Shown one piece after another: positions 26,690 to 37,895 of a stretch of DNA of 64,000 nt. Origin of the DNA: Lama guanicoe (lineage: Eukaryota); assembly GCA_013239625.1 (NCBI GenBank), contig MU053557.1, positions 2,820,123-2,884,122 on the forward strand. Reading direction: 5' to 3'. Under the pieces are notes generated by a model that saw only the letters and a list, made by a program, of their open reading frames with translations, had not been told where the DNA came from and made no database searches. Position 1 is the stretch's first letter, and each line of letters begins with the position of its first letter. The position numbers and the translations under genes are program-made.

Positions 26690-26887
26690 TTTAAAATAAC
26701 ATTTAATCATCACTTGCCAAGTGCCCAGTCAATTGTCCTAAATCTTTATATTCAGGATTTTCACCTAATCTCACAAGAATTCTGTGATGGAGCTACTATT
26801 AGACCCCACTTAGAAAAGAGAACACTATGGTTCAGAGAGGTTAAGTAATTTATCCTGAGTCACACAGTTAATAAAAAACAGAGCCAG
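26690..26887 (-). mobile_element. MIR, left part (continues at ~29158-29215 after the L1 block)
   Basis: cacttgccaagtgcccag..taatctcacaag..ttcagagaggttaagtaatttatcctgagtcacacag; continuation cagagccagga..tgtctgactccaaagg. Confidence 0.75.
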
Positions 26888-28085
26888 AAAACATTCTCTG
26901 ATATAAATCTTAGCAATGTTCTCCTAGGGCAGTCTACCCAGGCAATAGAAACAAAAGCAAAAATAAACAAATGGGACCTAATGAAACTTACAAGCTTTTG
27001 CACAGCAAAGGAAACTATAAGCAAAACAAAACAACAACCTATAGAATGGGGGAAAATATTTGCAAAAGATGCAAAAATTGACAAAGCTTTAATTTCCAGA
27101 ACATATAAACAGCTCATACAATTTAGTAATAAAAAAAAAAACAACCCAATCCAAAAACGTGCAGAAGACCTAAACAAGCAATTCTTCAGTGAAGACATAC
27201 AAATGGCCAACAGGCACGTGAAAAAATGCTCAATATCACTATCAGAGAAATGCAAATCAAAACTACAATGAGGTATCACCTCACACCAGTCAGAATGGCC
27301 ATCATTCAAAAATCCATGAACGATAAATGCTGGAGAGGCTGTGGAGAAAAGGGAACCCTCCCACACTGCTGGTGGGAATGCAGTTTGGTGCAGCCACTGT
27401 GGAAAACAGTATGGAGATTCCTCAAAAGACTAGGAATAGACATACCGTATGACCCAGGAATCCCGCTCCTGGGCATATATCCAGAAGGAACCCTACTCCA
27501 AAATGACACCTGCACCCCAATGTTCATAGCAGCACTATTTACAATAGCCAAGACATGAAAACAGCCTAAATGTCCATCAACGGATGACTGGATAAAGAAG
27601 AAGTGGTATATTTATACAATGGAATGCTATTCAGCCATAAAAACCGACAACATAACGCCATTTGCAGCAACATGGATGCACCTGGAGAATGTCATTCTAA
27701 GTGAAGCCAGAAAGAGAAAGAAAAATACCATATGAGATCACTCATATGTGGCATCTAAAAAAAACCAAAAACCAAAAACAACAAAAACCAAGCATAAATA
27801 CAAAACAGAAATAGACTCATAGACATAGAATACAAACTTGTGGTTGCCAAGGGGGCAGAGGGTGGGAAGGGATAGACGGGATTTCAAAATTGTAGAACAG
27901 GTAAACAAGATTATACTGTATAGCACGGGGAAATATATACAAGATCTTACAGTAGCTCACAGAGAAAAAAATGTCTCAATGAATATATATTTGTTCATGT
28001 ATGACTGAAAAATTGTGCTCTACACTGGAATTTGACACATTGTAAAATGATTATAAATCAATAAAAAATAAAAAAAAAATAAAAA
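26888..28085 (+). mobile_element. Relatively young 5'-truncated LINE-1 (ORF2 C-terminus, 3' UTR, A tail)
   Basis: Near-intact ORF2 translation and an L1 3' UTR ending caataaaaaataaaaaaaaataaaaa. Confidence 0.95.
26981..27558 (+). pseudogene. LINE-1 ORF2p C-terminal (Cys-rich) remnant, frameshifted near 27240 with a premature TGA at 27556-27558
   Basis: [30 protein letters not shown] / [64 protein letters not shown]. Confidence 0.93.
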
Positions 28086-28370
28086 CTGTTAAAAAAATAA
28101 ATGTCCATCAACAGATGCCTGGATAAAGAGGCTGTGGTATATTTATACAATGGAATACTACTCAGCCATAAAAAATTAAATAATGCAGTATGACTGAAAA
28201 ATTGTGCTCTACACTGGAATTTGACACATTGTAAAATGATTATAAATCAATAAAAATTAAAAAAAAAAACTGTTAAAAAAATAAATGTCCATCAACAGAT
28301 GCCTGGATAAAGAGGCTGTGGTATATTTATACAATGGAATACTACTCAGCCATAAAAAATTAAATAATGC
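27999..28370. repeat. ~185-bp tandem duplication (27999-28186 and 28188-28370)
   Basis: Both copies run gtatgactgaaaaattgtgctc..aaattaaataatgc and differ only in the A-rich tract. Confidence 0.93.
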
Positions 28371-28792
28371 CATGTGCAGCAACATGGATGGACCTGGAGA
28401 TCGTCATTTTAAGTGACGTAAGTCAGAAAGAGAAAGAAAAATATTATATGATATCACTCATATGTGGAATCTGAAAAAAAAAGAGAAAAAGAGGACACTA
28501 ATGAACTCATCTACAAAACAGAAACAAACTCTCAGATATAGAAAACAATCTTACGGTTACTGGAGAAGGGGAGTGGTAAGGGATAAATGTGGGAGTCTGA
28601 GATCTGTAAATGTTAATCCCAATATATATATAAATAGATAAAAAACAAATTTCTTCTGTACAGCACAGGGAACTATATTCAATAAATGAAAAAGAATATG
28701 AAAACAAATATATGTATATATATGCATGACTGGGACATTATGCTGTGCATCAGAAATTGACACATTATAACTGACTATACATCAATAAAAAA
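28278..28792 (+). mobile_element. Second LINE-1 3' end (different, somewhat older lineage-specific subfamily)
   Basis: taaatgtccatcaacagat..gcagcaacatggatggacctggag..gtacagcacagggaactatattcaata..ctgactatacatcaataaaaa. Confidence 0.88.
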
Positions 28793-28799
28793 TTTTTTT

Positions 28800-29153
28800 T
28801 AATTATGGTATTCACAATCGATAAACAACTATGGAATCTATACAATGGAGTAATACTTAGTAACAAACAGGAATGAACTATTGATAAATGCAACAATATG
28901 AATCAATTTCAAAAACATTATGCTAAGCATAAAAAGCCAGACATAAAAGAATATATACAATATGATTGCATATATAAGAAAGTCTAGAAAAGACTGAATG
29001 TTGTACATCTTGATAATGGTGGTGGGTAATCGAGTATGTATACATTTGCCAAAGCTCACTGAAATGTGCACTTCATTATATGTCAGTTATACCCTAATAA
29101 AACTGATCTTTAACAATAATAAACAAAAATATCCTTAAAGAAAAAAAAAAAAA
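28800..29153 (+). mobile_element. Ancient L1MB/ME-type 3' fragment ending in a 13-nt poly(A)
   Basis: ggaatgaactattgataaatgcaacaatatgaatcaatttcaaaaacattatgctaag..tacatttgccaaagctcactgaa..taataaaactga. Confidence 0.75.
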
Positions 29154-29264
29154 CCAGCAGAGCCAGGATAAAGACTTGTGCTGTCTGACTCCAAAGGCCA
29201 CAGTATTAATCAGCATGTAATAATGCCCCATCCCCTTTGTTTCAAATAAGAAGCCAGATCACTA

Positions 29265-29960
29265 TCACCATAGTATCTAACCTTTTGAGAGCTAAGATCT
29301 TTCAGTATACTGTATACAACAGCCCCCTACAGTGGGTTCTATTATCCCCATTTCAGAGCTCAGAAAACCAAGGCACAGAGAAATTCAACCATATGCTCAA
29401 GATCATTCACTCAGTAAGTGGTTGGAGAGGTAGGATCAAATCATTCAAAACAGCTGATGACACACTGTTTAAAACTGCCCCCTATTTTGTATTTTGTTCT
29501 TACAAAGAAGTCTAAATCCAATGAAATCCAACATTTTCAAGGTGTTTTAACAAACATAGAAGAATATACTGAGTTATCTAGGTTTATGTTTCAGTTTAGA
29601 GAGAAAGCGCCTTAGGAATTTAGAAACTGTAACTGTAAGATTTTTGCCTTCAAACATAATCGTTGGAAACTAAATCAAATTTTGTAGTAAATGGTCAAAA
29701 CCTGCCTACCTAACACAACCTATTGGCATTCATTTCTCCATTCAATGGTTCAGCAACTGACAGGTGGTTACTGACTGCCTGCAGCTTCTGGGACTGGAGA
29801 ATCAAAGTGGATTGACACGTGATCTCTGACTTCAAGAAACTAAAAAGTTTAGTGGAGGAGATTCAAAGGGAAACCAGTGATGACAGTAGGGGTTTACACT
29901 AGTGCTATATGGTGTCAATGCTATGCTAGATTGGGAACTCCAATGGACGGGATCCCTGCC
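29265..29960 (-). mobile_element. MIR (~29265-29460) and L2 fragment (~29730-29960)
   Basis: attatccccatttcagag..aaaaccaaggcacagaga; tctctgacttcaagaaact..tttagtggaggaga. Confidence 0.55.
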
Positions 29961-30009
29961 TCAGTTTGTTTTATTTTTATTGTTGTCTTTTAAAGGAATA
30001 CCAGCTGTA

Positions 30010-30560
30010 TGATTTGTGTTTTTTCAAACTTAATATGCTGTGAATATGTATTTACATCGTGATTTCTAAAGCCAGCGGAGTATTCCATTATGTGGCTATA
30101 CCATAATTTTATCCATCTCCTCTTCATAGACAGTAGGATTATTCATAATAACAGAAAAAACTCAGGGAGAGGGAAGGGTGTGTGAAGGCACATAGCTAAA
30201 TCTTCTTACATTTCTATGATTGTTTACTTAAAATTCAAGAAGTAGAATTGCAGAACCAAATGGTATGCGTGTTTAAAACTTACTACATATTTTAAGTATT
30301 GCCGAACTGCCCTCCCAAAGGGTGGTATCAATGTACAGTCTCATCAAAAGTATCGATTTGATTCCATTTTTAACAGCTTTAAGTATTATCATTGGTTCTA
30401 ACCTTCGCTTACCTGTCAGGTGAAAATTAGCATCACATTATTTTAATTCTTTGACTAGTAGTAGTAAGCTTGAACACCCTTCCACGTGATTATTAGGCAT
30501 TTGTTCTTTTATGAATTGCATTTTCATGTCCTTTGCTTGTATTTCTGTTTGCACTTCTTG
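30010..30560 (-). mobile_element. Decayed L1ME-type fragment
   Basis: gagtattccattatgtggctataccataattt..gaagtagaattgc..ttgccgaactgccctcccaaagggtggtatcaat..ttcatgtcctttgc. Confidence 0.65.
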
Positions 30561-32659
30561 TATATTCAGTTTTAACCCACTGAAAACTCATCAAACAGAC
30601 AGAAAATTAGTTTGCTCGAGTCACCTACAGACAGCGTCCATCCTAGCCTCTGCCTGGTATCAGCGCTAGATGTTAAAACCTTAGCAATCCACAGCCAGGA
30701 AGACATCGGTCCCCCAGGGAGGAGCTCTTTGCAAAAGAAATGAATCACGAACCCAAAGCGATTTCCTGTGGTGGCCCAGTTAGAAAAATGATCTGGTCTG
30801 TGACCCACTTTAGCTTTGGCAATTTCTGGTAATCACCTGTGCGTGTCCCTAGAGAACTGAGTGAATTACAGAGTCACCATTTAAGGTGTTTTCAAGAAAA
30901 ATTGTCTGACAAAGCTTATTCAGCTAGTATGAGATTCATGTGCTTAAAATGCCAGCTATGAGCTTCAATGAGGAAGGAAAGATTCAATTACCTCACCATT
31001 CCCCTCAACCCCAACTCCCATTTCAGCTCTTTTTTAACCTAGTCTTATGTATCTGGTCATGGTCAGGGCTTTTCTTTACACCTATGTGTTCTGAACCCTA
31101 GAAACACCAGAGGTGTGAAGAAAGTTATGCTTGTTTTTTTATTTGGGTCCATCCAGGGTTCCGCATATACCAACCCTTCTCCAAACTCTTCACTTTGATT
31201 GCAATACTTCCCTTTGTTTTTTAGGAAAGGAAAGAAGGATCCAGCAGAGAGAGAGTATGTATGTGTGTATTAAAATCAGATAAGGAATTTTAAGAATTAA
31301 AAAAACTTAAGTGTAAAAATCTCAGAAAAAAATACCAATTGGAGGCCAAATCGGATATACCATTTCAAAATCATATGGATAACCTTAATTGATTCTGATC
31401 ACACCCGTTTCACAGATAGTAAGACACTTGCCAGAAGCCACACAACTAAATAGTGGCAGAGCTGGGATTGGAACTCGGGTCTCTATGACGCCAGACTCAT
31501 TTTTTGTGAAGCCACAATGTCTCAGAAGTCACCACGCCTGCTCGTTCTGGTTTGACATGTGCGTGAACCAAGGCCCAGGGGACTAAGCCACTGGCCTGAG
31601 GGACTCACACTCTCTTGGCAGAGCTGAGTGGAGAACGCAGTCCTCTGACGAGCAGGCCACGGCTGGTCGCCTTCACTGTGCTGACTCATCTTCAAGAAGA
31701 TGATGCAACTTAAGAAGACACTCAGTGTGTACAAATCGGAATGGGGCAGTTATTCCAGAACACGTTCTATCAAGTGAGCTAAACCCCACCCATGATCTGT
31801 GCATAGGTCCCTGCTGAAGAGTTCTTCCTTTGAGTCTTTGTAACATCCCTGTGTGATAGTCACCTTCAAAGAAAAACCAACGCAAGCAAGCAATTTCTGC
31901 ATGAGAGTTGCTGTCTCCACTGAGGTTTTGTGGGGTTAAACTTCGGGCGGCTCTCACAGAGAATGTCATGTGCAAATGCCTCTCAGTTTTCCCACAGTCC
32001 CTCCTCTGAGCAAGGTCCTCCCTCTCTCCCCTGCTCCTGCCTGCTCGCTGCCTCACCTCTCCCTGGCTCCTGCCTCCTTTGCCATGTAGTTCTCCACCCA
32101 CACTTGGATTTTCTTATCCTTTATGCAGAGCAGTCAACTGAGCAAATTTTGTTAATTGAGCCATTTCTTGGGGTCCCATTTTTCTCCTTAAGTCATTCAA
32201 CAGCAATTGTTCTGCACAAATTTGGCACCCTCCAATTTTTTTTCTCCATCTTTCCCCAAGGGGAATGTTATTATCCCAATTTTCATGTAATGTAATTATC
32301 CCCATTGTAAGAAATCTGAAGATCAATGAGGGAAATTTGCCCAAAGTCACACGGCTAACACATTACACAGGCTGAGCACAAACCCATGTATCTGATTCCC
32401 CAAATTCTGGCTCTAATAACCCTAGCTCATAACTCACTGTACTGGAATATTACCATCTTTGCTGACTTTTGGAATACTGTATAAAGGGTTGTCCTTTAAA
32501 AAAGAAAACTCATTCAGAACGTTTCACAAAGATAGAGAATTCATTACGACATACAATTTCCTTTCATGAGGCTGCCTTTCCTTTGATGAGCCCTGATCCC
32601 CTCCACATGCAGCCTCTGCACTAGCTGGGCACTGGGACTCAAAGACGGTTTTGTCTTGT

Positions 32660-32985
32660 CCATGACTCAGTGAAGCAGTTCCTGAGGGCGCTCCCAAAAC
32701 ATGTATTCTAGGAGCTACTCTTAAACACGAAGTCCCATGACCAAACACTTGGGAAAATGAGATATAAATTAAGTCCCAGTTGTGTTGAACACTGTTGTGT
32801 GAACTGTGAATAGATGTGGTAGTTTAAAAAAGTTTGAGATTAAATAATGTGGGCAAACTGTGAGTATTTTTATTCCCTCTTGGAGATTTCCGGTAAATAT
32901 TTTTAGTACATTAAAGGTTCTGACAAGTCCTGTTAAAATTTAATTTTGTTTGATTTGATGCTTCCCAGATTTATTTGCTCTCAGG
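32660..32985. mobile_element. Possible hAT-Charlie DNA transposon fragment
   Basis: tttattccctcttggagattt..cattaaaggttctgacaagtcctg..ttcccagatttatttg resembles recalled Charlie-derived MITEs. Confidence 0.4.
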
Positions 32986-33792
32986 GCCTCTTTAGATCTT
33001 GCAGCTACAGCCCACAAAGGCCCACTCAGGACAGGCCTCCAGTCTGAATTGTACTTTGAAGGCAGGGAGTAGACGGGCCTCTTTTGGGAACTAGGCCTGA
33101 TCCTGCTGCCAACTATTTGGATGATCATGAGCAAGTCAGCCCTCTCTGGGCCTCAGTTTCTCCATCTGTGAAATCAAAGCATTACACCAGATTGCCTGTC
33201 ACTCCCCTTCCAGTTCCAACACATCATCATCTCAACATATGGAACTGGTGGGGCCACAGACCAAAATATCAGATGAACTGTGTATTTATATCTCCTTAAT
33301 CTCACTCAGTCACCCAGAGACAAAATGATAATAGTCCTTTTCAAGCTATAGACACCTTAAACAAATCAATATTAATTTGCTTCCATCTGCTAGTACACCA
33401 GAGAAAGTAATGTATTTTCTGAAATCCAGTGATCAATTACTTTTTTAGAGCTTTGAGGTTTTCTTTGATCAGTTTCCAGGATGATGAGAAAGTCCCTGGA
33501 AGCTCCAGAGTGGTTCTAGTGCACTTGGGGGGATCTCGGGCAGCAACCTTACCTCTCTGACTTACATTCTTTACCCATAGAAGAAAAATAATGACGGTCT
33601 GCCTTTCACTCCTTTAGGATATCTTATGATGACCATTTTTTATTTAATAAAAAATAAAAAATAACCTGTGTCCTTGGGCTATATGCCTGCCACTTCCCTA
33701 AATCCTGAGAAATGTTTCTGATCCTACTCCCTGCCTTTCAGTTTCCAGGCATTCCTGGAGCTAGCTGAGTGCTACACAAATCCTCACTTTGA

Positions 33793-34115
33793 ACAGAATC
33801 AGACTCACAGTCATAAAACACAAATTATGGTCACCAGGGGGGAAAGGGGGTGGGAAGGGATAAATTGGGAATTTGAGATTTGCAGATATTAACTATTATC
33901 TATAAAATAGAAAAACAACAAGGTCCTATTGTATAGCACAGGGAACTATATACAATATCTTGTAGTAACTTATGGTGAAAATGAGTATGAAAAAGAATAT
34001 ATGTATGTACATGTATGACTGAAGCATTGTGCTGTGCACCAGAAATTGACACAACATTGTAAACTGACTGTACTTCAATAAAATATACATATATATAAGT
34101 TTTTAAAAAAGATAA
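33793..34115 (+). mobile_element. Lineage-specific LINE-1 3' end
   Basis: acagaatcagactcacag..tatggtcaccagggggg..tatagcacagggaactata..tgtaaactgactgtacttcaataaaa. Confidence 0.9.
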
Positions 34116-34289
34116 AACAAAAACCCCACAAATGTTCCCTTTGATAGTATTAACGCCAGTATTGTATGTATGACAATATGATACCTTAACCTGGAGACAA
34201 TCTGCTCTGTTTCAATGATACATTATTATTCAAATAATAATGATACGAAGAATTATTCGTATCAAGAAGAAAATACAAAGCAAGGCAGA

Positions 34290-34520
34290 GTGATGGGTCA
34301 GCGCTGAACTATAGCATCAGACAAACCTAGGTTTGAACCCACCGCTGTCGTGGACCAGCTGTGCATCCCTAGGCTAGCCACCAGTCTCTGATTCCCGGAG
34401 TCTTCATTGCTAAAGTGGGAATTCATTTGACTCACTGCAAAGCTGGTGCAACAATGCAACATCATAATTTTTGTAAAACTGTTTGTGCAATGCCTGGGCA
34501 TGTGTGTGCTCAGTTATATC
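34290..34520 (+). mobile_element. MIR SINE
   Basis: catcagacaaacctaggtttgaaccc..accagctgtg..tgtaaaactgttt..caatgcctgg. Confidence 0.6.
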
Positions 34521-34564
34521 ACTTTAAAACACTGTCTATTTATTTCAGATGTAAGAGGGAAGAA

Positions 34565-34652
34565 GGGAGCAGAGTATAGCTCAGTGGTAGAGCGCGTGCT
34601 TAGTATGAGCGAGGTCCTGAGTTCAGTCCTGACTACCTCCATTTAAAAAAAA
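34565..34652 (+). mobile_element. tRNA-Ala(AGC)-derived SINE (camelid vic-1-like) or tRNA-Ala retro-pseudogene
   Basis: gtatagctcagtggtagagcgcgtgcttagtatgagcgaggtcctgagttcagtcctgactacctcca followed by tttaaaaaaaa; close to tRNA-Ala-AGC with stem-disrupting changes and an A tail. Confidence 0.85.
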
Positions 34653-34860
34653 GGGCAAACACACACACACAAAACCCCACAAAACAAAAGGAAAGAAAAT
34701 CCAGAAGAAAACCGTCACAGTACCAAGGCCAGGAGTCCCGCACAGCCATCAGAAAGGGTAACTGTAACTAGTGCTCGTAGCAAATGTTCATTATGTGGCC
34801 TGCAATAGGAATGCTGGCCACAGGCCCTCTTTAATTAATGATGTCATCGTTCATTATTGA

Positions 34861-34897
34861 ACACTGCCACCTGGTGGATGGACAGGCCACCTGCAGG
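34861..34897 (-). promoter_or_regulatory. Candidate CTCF site (CCACCAGGTGGCAG) with a second CTCF-like core (CCTGCAGGTGGC)
   Basis: + strand ctgccacctggtgg at 34864-34877 and gccacctgcagg at 34886-34897; motif match only. Confidence 0.5.
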
Positions 34898-35419
34898 CAA
34901 GGAAACCGTAGGGGTTACATCAGGTCACCTGCTCACAAAAGAGGCTACTCTGTCTGCTTGGTCCACTCTGCCTTCAGCTTCTTGATTTAAAGCCCTGGCC
35001 ACGGAGGAATCTGGGGATTCCTGCTTATTGAGACTCCCCTCCATCTCCATGCAGTTTTCAAACTGACACAAAGACAGGAGAACTGTGTTCCTTTACTGAG
35101 GCTGGTGTCTGCCATGCCACCTGAGCCAAAGAGCAGCCTCCTCTGACAATAGGCATGAAAGTGAATGTGCCCCCACCTCCACCCCTGCCCTAGTCACTCT
35201 TACCCAGCCTACCCCTGTGTTTTTTACATGAATCCTACCATTTTCTAAAATTATTTCTTTCTGTTTCCTACCCCTTTCTCTCACCCATATCTTTGGAATG
35301 AAGGAAGTCCCTTGGGGGCAAGGCTGTGTGGGCTGTATTCCTTGACGTACACCTTACACCAAACACAGGGCCTGCACAGAGTACGTGCTCAAAATTCTGT
35401 TGCCTTTAGAATAAAAAAA

Positions 35420-36205
35420 AAGCAATAATAAACCTAATAGTCACAGCATTTCTGTTTATGGATTTGTTTCTATTTGCCAGGCATAGAGCTAATCTCTGTA
35501 CATAAATCACCTCATTTCATCCTCAACAGTCGCCTTGCTGGGGAATGGGGTATCGTCATCACTCACATGCAATCAGAAATTTCTAGGTCCTAGAGATGAT
35601 TTTCCTAGTTCAATAATCATAGCACCTGTTTGCTCAGCTATAATGCCATATCTCATTTAATCCTCTCTCTTCTGTAATCTGTATTATAGTTTTACCCATT
35701 TTACAGATTCAAAAACAGAGTCTAAGAGAAATGAAGCAGTTTTCCCAGAGTTACTCAGCTCATATTTAAAACCCTGATTTTGTCTAATTCTAAAGGTCCT
35801 GCTCTTTTCACTACAACACACTGCCTTCTGTTAGCTACATGGATAAACGTGGCTTTCTTAATTCTGTCCTGAAAACCGAGACTTGAGTTTTGGTTAAGCA
35901 TTGGGAACAAGCTCCCAAGCTATATCTTAAGCTGGACTTCCCTATATCCTGGTTTTTATTGGTCCATAGATGTCTCCTGCATCTTCACTTCAAAGGTAGT
36001 AACTAGCTAAGATTTATCAAGATTTTATTACTTCGCAGGCAGGGTTTGAAAGATCTAACTCTTACAACAACCCCGTAAAATAGGTTATACAGATATTAGT
36101 CCCATTTTTGCAAGTGAGGAAACTGAGGCACAGAGAGGTTCAGAAACTTCTGCATTGTTATCCAGGTTCTAAGCCAAAGCCCTGACTTGAACTCAGTACT
36201 CTGCC
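35420..36205 (-). mobile_element. Cluster of three MIR fragments
   Basis: Repeated antisense MIR cores, e.g. cccatttttgcaagtgaggaaactgaggcacagagaggtt (36101-36140) and cccattttacagattc..gagtctaagaga. Confidence 0.7.
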
Positions 36206-37049
36206 TCTAGGATACACTCCTCAGCACACAGCCTCTCTGGGAGCCACCCTGATGCATCTGCTCTGCTGCTGAAAACCTCAGGGCACCTCTGTCAGTACAG
36301 CACTTCCTGGAATGTCTCAGCTCAGAAACTGCTGAAGTCCTAACAGATGAGGGTGGGGGTGGGGAAGAAAAGGGGTAGGGAGGAGGAGGGTGGGTGTGCT
36401 CAGGACAGGGATACACGCCAGGGCACCCTGTGACTCCCTTCCCCTTCCTGTTTGCAGACCTAGCCTTTGGTTACTCTTCAATTAATTTCCATCTGTAGGA
36501 GCAGCAATTCCCTAGGGGTACACAGGCCAAAAAGAGAGACCGATTCAGCCAAAATCCAAAAATATCCTCACTGCGGCAAGCAAACTAGGGATAGAGAGAA
36601 GGAAAATTTTCCCTACAAGCCCTGGATATTTCTCAAAGACAGCCCACTCAGCTTATGTAAGTGGCATTCACCACTAAGGAATGCAACCAAGGCCCCGAAT
36701 CTAGGACAGTCCTGCCAATTACGTGCAAATGAAAAGGTATTTAGGGGCCACCTACAGGCATTTTGGGAAACCTGACACTGTGCTTATTGAATTGTCTGTC
36801 CTGGTTCACCAGACCTGGGTGAAGAGGCTCAGGCAGCACCCCAAGGCCAGGGGTCAGTCAGTCCATGGGCGTCAATTCAGGCAGCTTGAACCTTTCCTCC
36901 AAAGCAACAGGCTGTCATAAAGTTCAGGGGAATTCTAGGCCTCCTCATGTTCGTTCATTCATCTTTTTATGTATTTATACATTTTCAATAAATGTCTGTT
37001 AAGCACCACCTCTGTGCCGGGTGCTGGGAACATCAAAGGGAGGTAGACA

Positions 37050-37420
37050 GTGGTGAGTCTAGGCAACCAACAAAACTATTAAACCAAGCCCTGGTTTGTA
37101 GCACTTGGCACTCCCATGTGTAAATATGCCCATCGTGACCAACGTCAAGCTGCCAATATTTTGTCACTGAGCATGGAGTTAGGAAGAAATGCACAGAATA
37201 AAGGTATACAGTCCCAAGAGCGTGGATTATAGTAAAATGCAGTAATTAGAGAGGGATGAAGTTTTACTTACGATTTTCATTGGAAGTATAATATACTTAA
37301 GTGTAAGCTCATATAATTGGACTTTAATAATAGCAGTATTCACCAACCAGCTCTCACCAATCCTGAACCTTTGACAGTGGACGCTTGCAAGCTACTACTT
37401 GTCAGCTCCAGCATGCAATA
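37050..37420 (-). mobile_element. MER63-like hAT-Blackjack DNA transposon
   Basis: aagccctggtttgtagcacttggc..tgtaaatatgcccatcgtgacc..gtcactgagcatggagttaggaaga..cagctccagcatgc matches recalled MER63 consensus. Confidence 0.7.
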
Positions 37421-37471
37421 GCCTGGGCATAGCCTTATCACTTAGGAAGAGGGCAGTTGAGTGAGTTGGAC

Positions 37472-37895
37472 CGAGAAAGACAAGTATCATATGATATCAC
37501 TTACATGTGGAATCTTAAACGATACAAATTAACTTATTTACAAAACAGAAATAGACTTGCAGACATAGAAAACAAACTTACGGTTACCAAAGGGGAAAGT
37601 GTGTGGGGAGGGATAAGTTAGGAGTTTGGGATTAGAAGATACACACAACTATATATAAAAGAGATAAACAAGGACCTACTGTGTAGCACAGGGAATTAGA
37701 TAATAGTTATAATACTATACTAAACCATATAATACTAAACTATATAATAGCTATAATGTAATAATCTATAATGGAAAAGAATGTGAAAAATGAATACATA
37801 TATATATAACTGAAAAACCTTGCTGTACCTGAAACTAACACCACTTTGTAAATCAACTACTGAATTGAAAAATAATTAATAAATTTTTAAAAAGA
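37472..37895 (+). mobile_element. Cetartiodactyl-type LINE-1 3' end
   Basis: gagaaagacaagtatcatatgatatcacttacatgtggaatct..aaggacctactgtgtagcacagggaa..ttgtaaatcaactac. Confidence 0.9.

Noticed and set aside
26860..27366. Longest ORF (168 aa, minus strand)
   Set aside because: Antisense shadow of L1 ORF2
27999..28370. CRISPR-like or other repeat-spacer array
   Set aside because: Only two long copies of L1-derived sequence with no spacers; eukaryotic context
31673..32295. Overlapping 142-aa and 121-aa ORFs
   Set aside because: Driven by a C/T-rich low-complexity tract; no domain similarity recognised
34570..34641. Functional tRNA-Ala gene
   Set aside because: Anticodon and T arms are mutated, the B box is altered, and a genomic CCA is followed by an A tail, as expected for a retroposed copy
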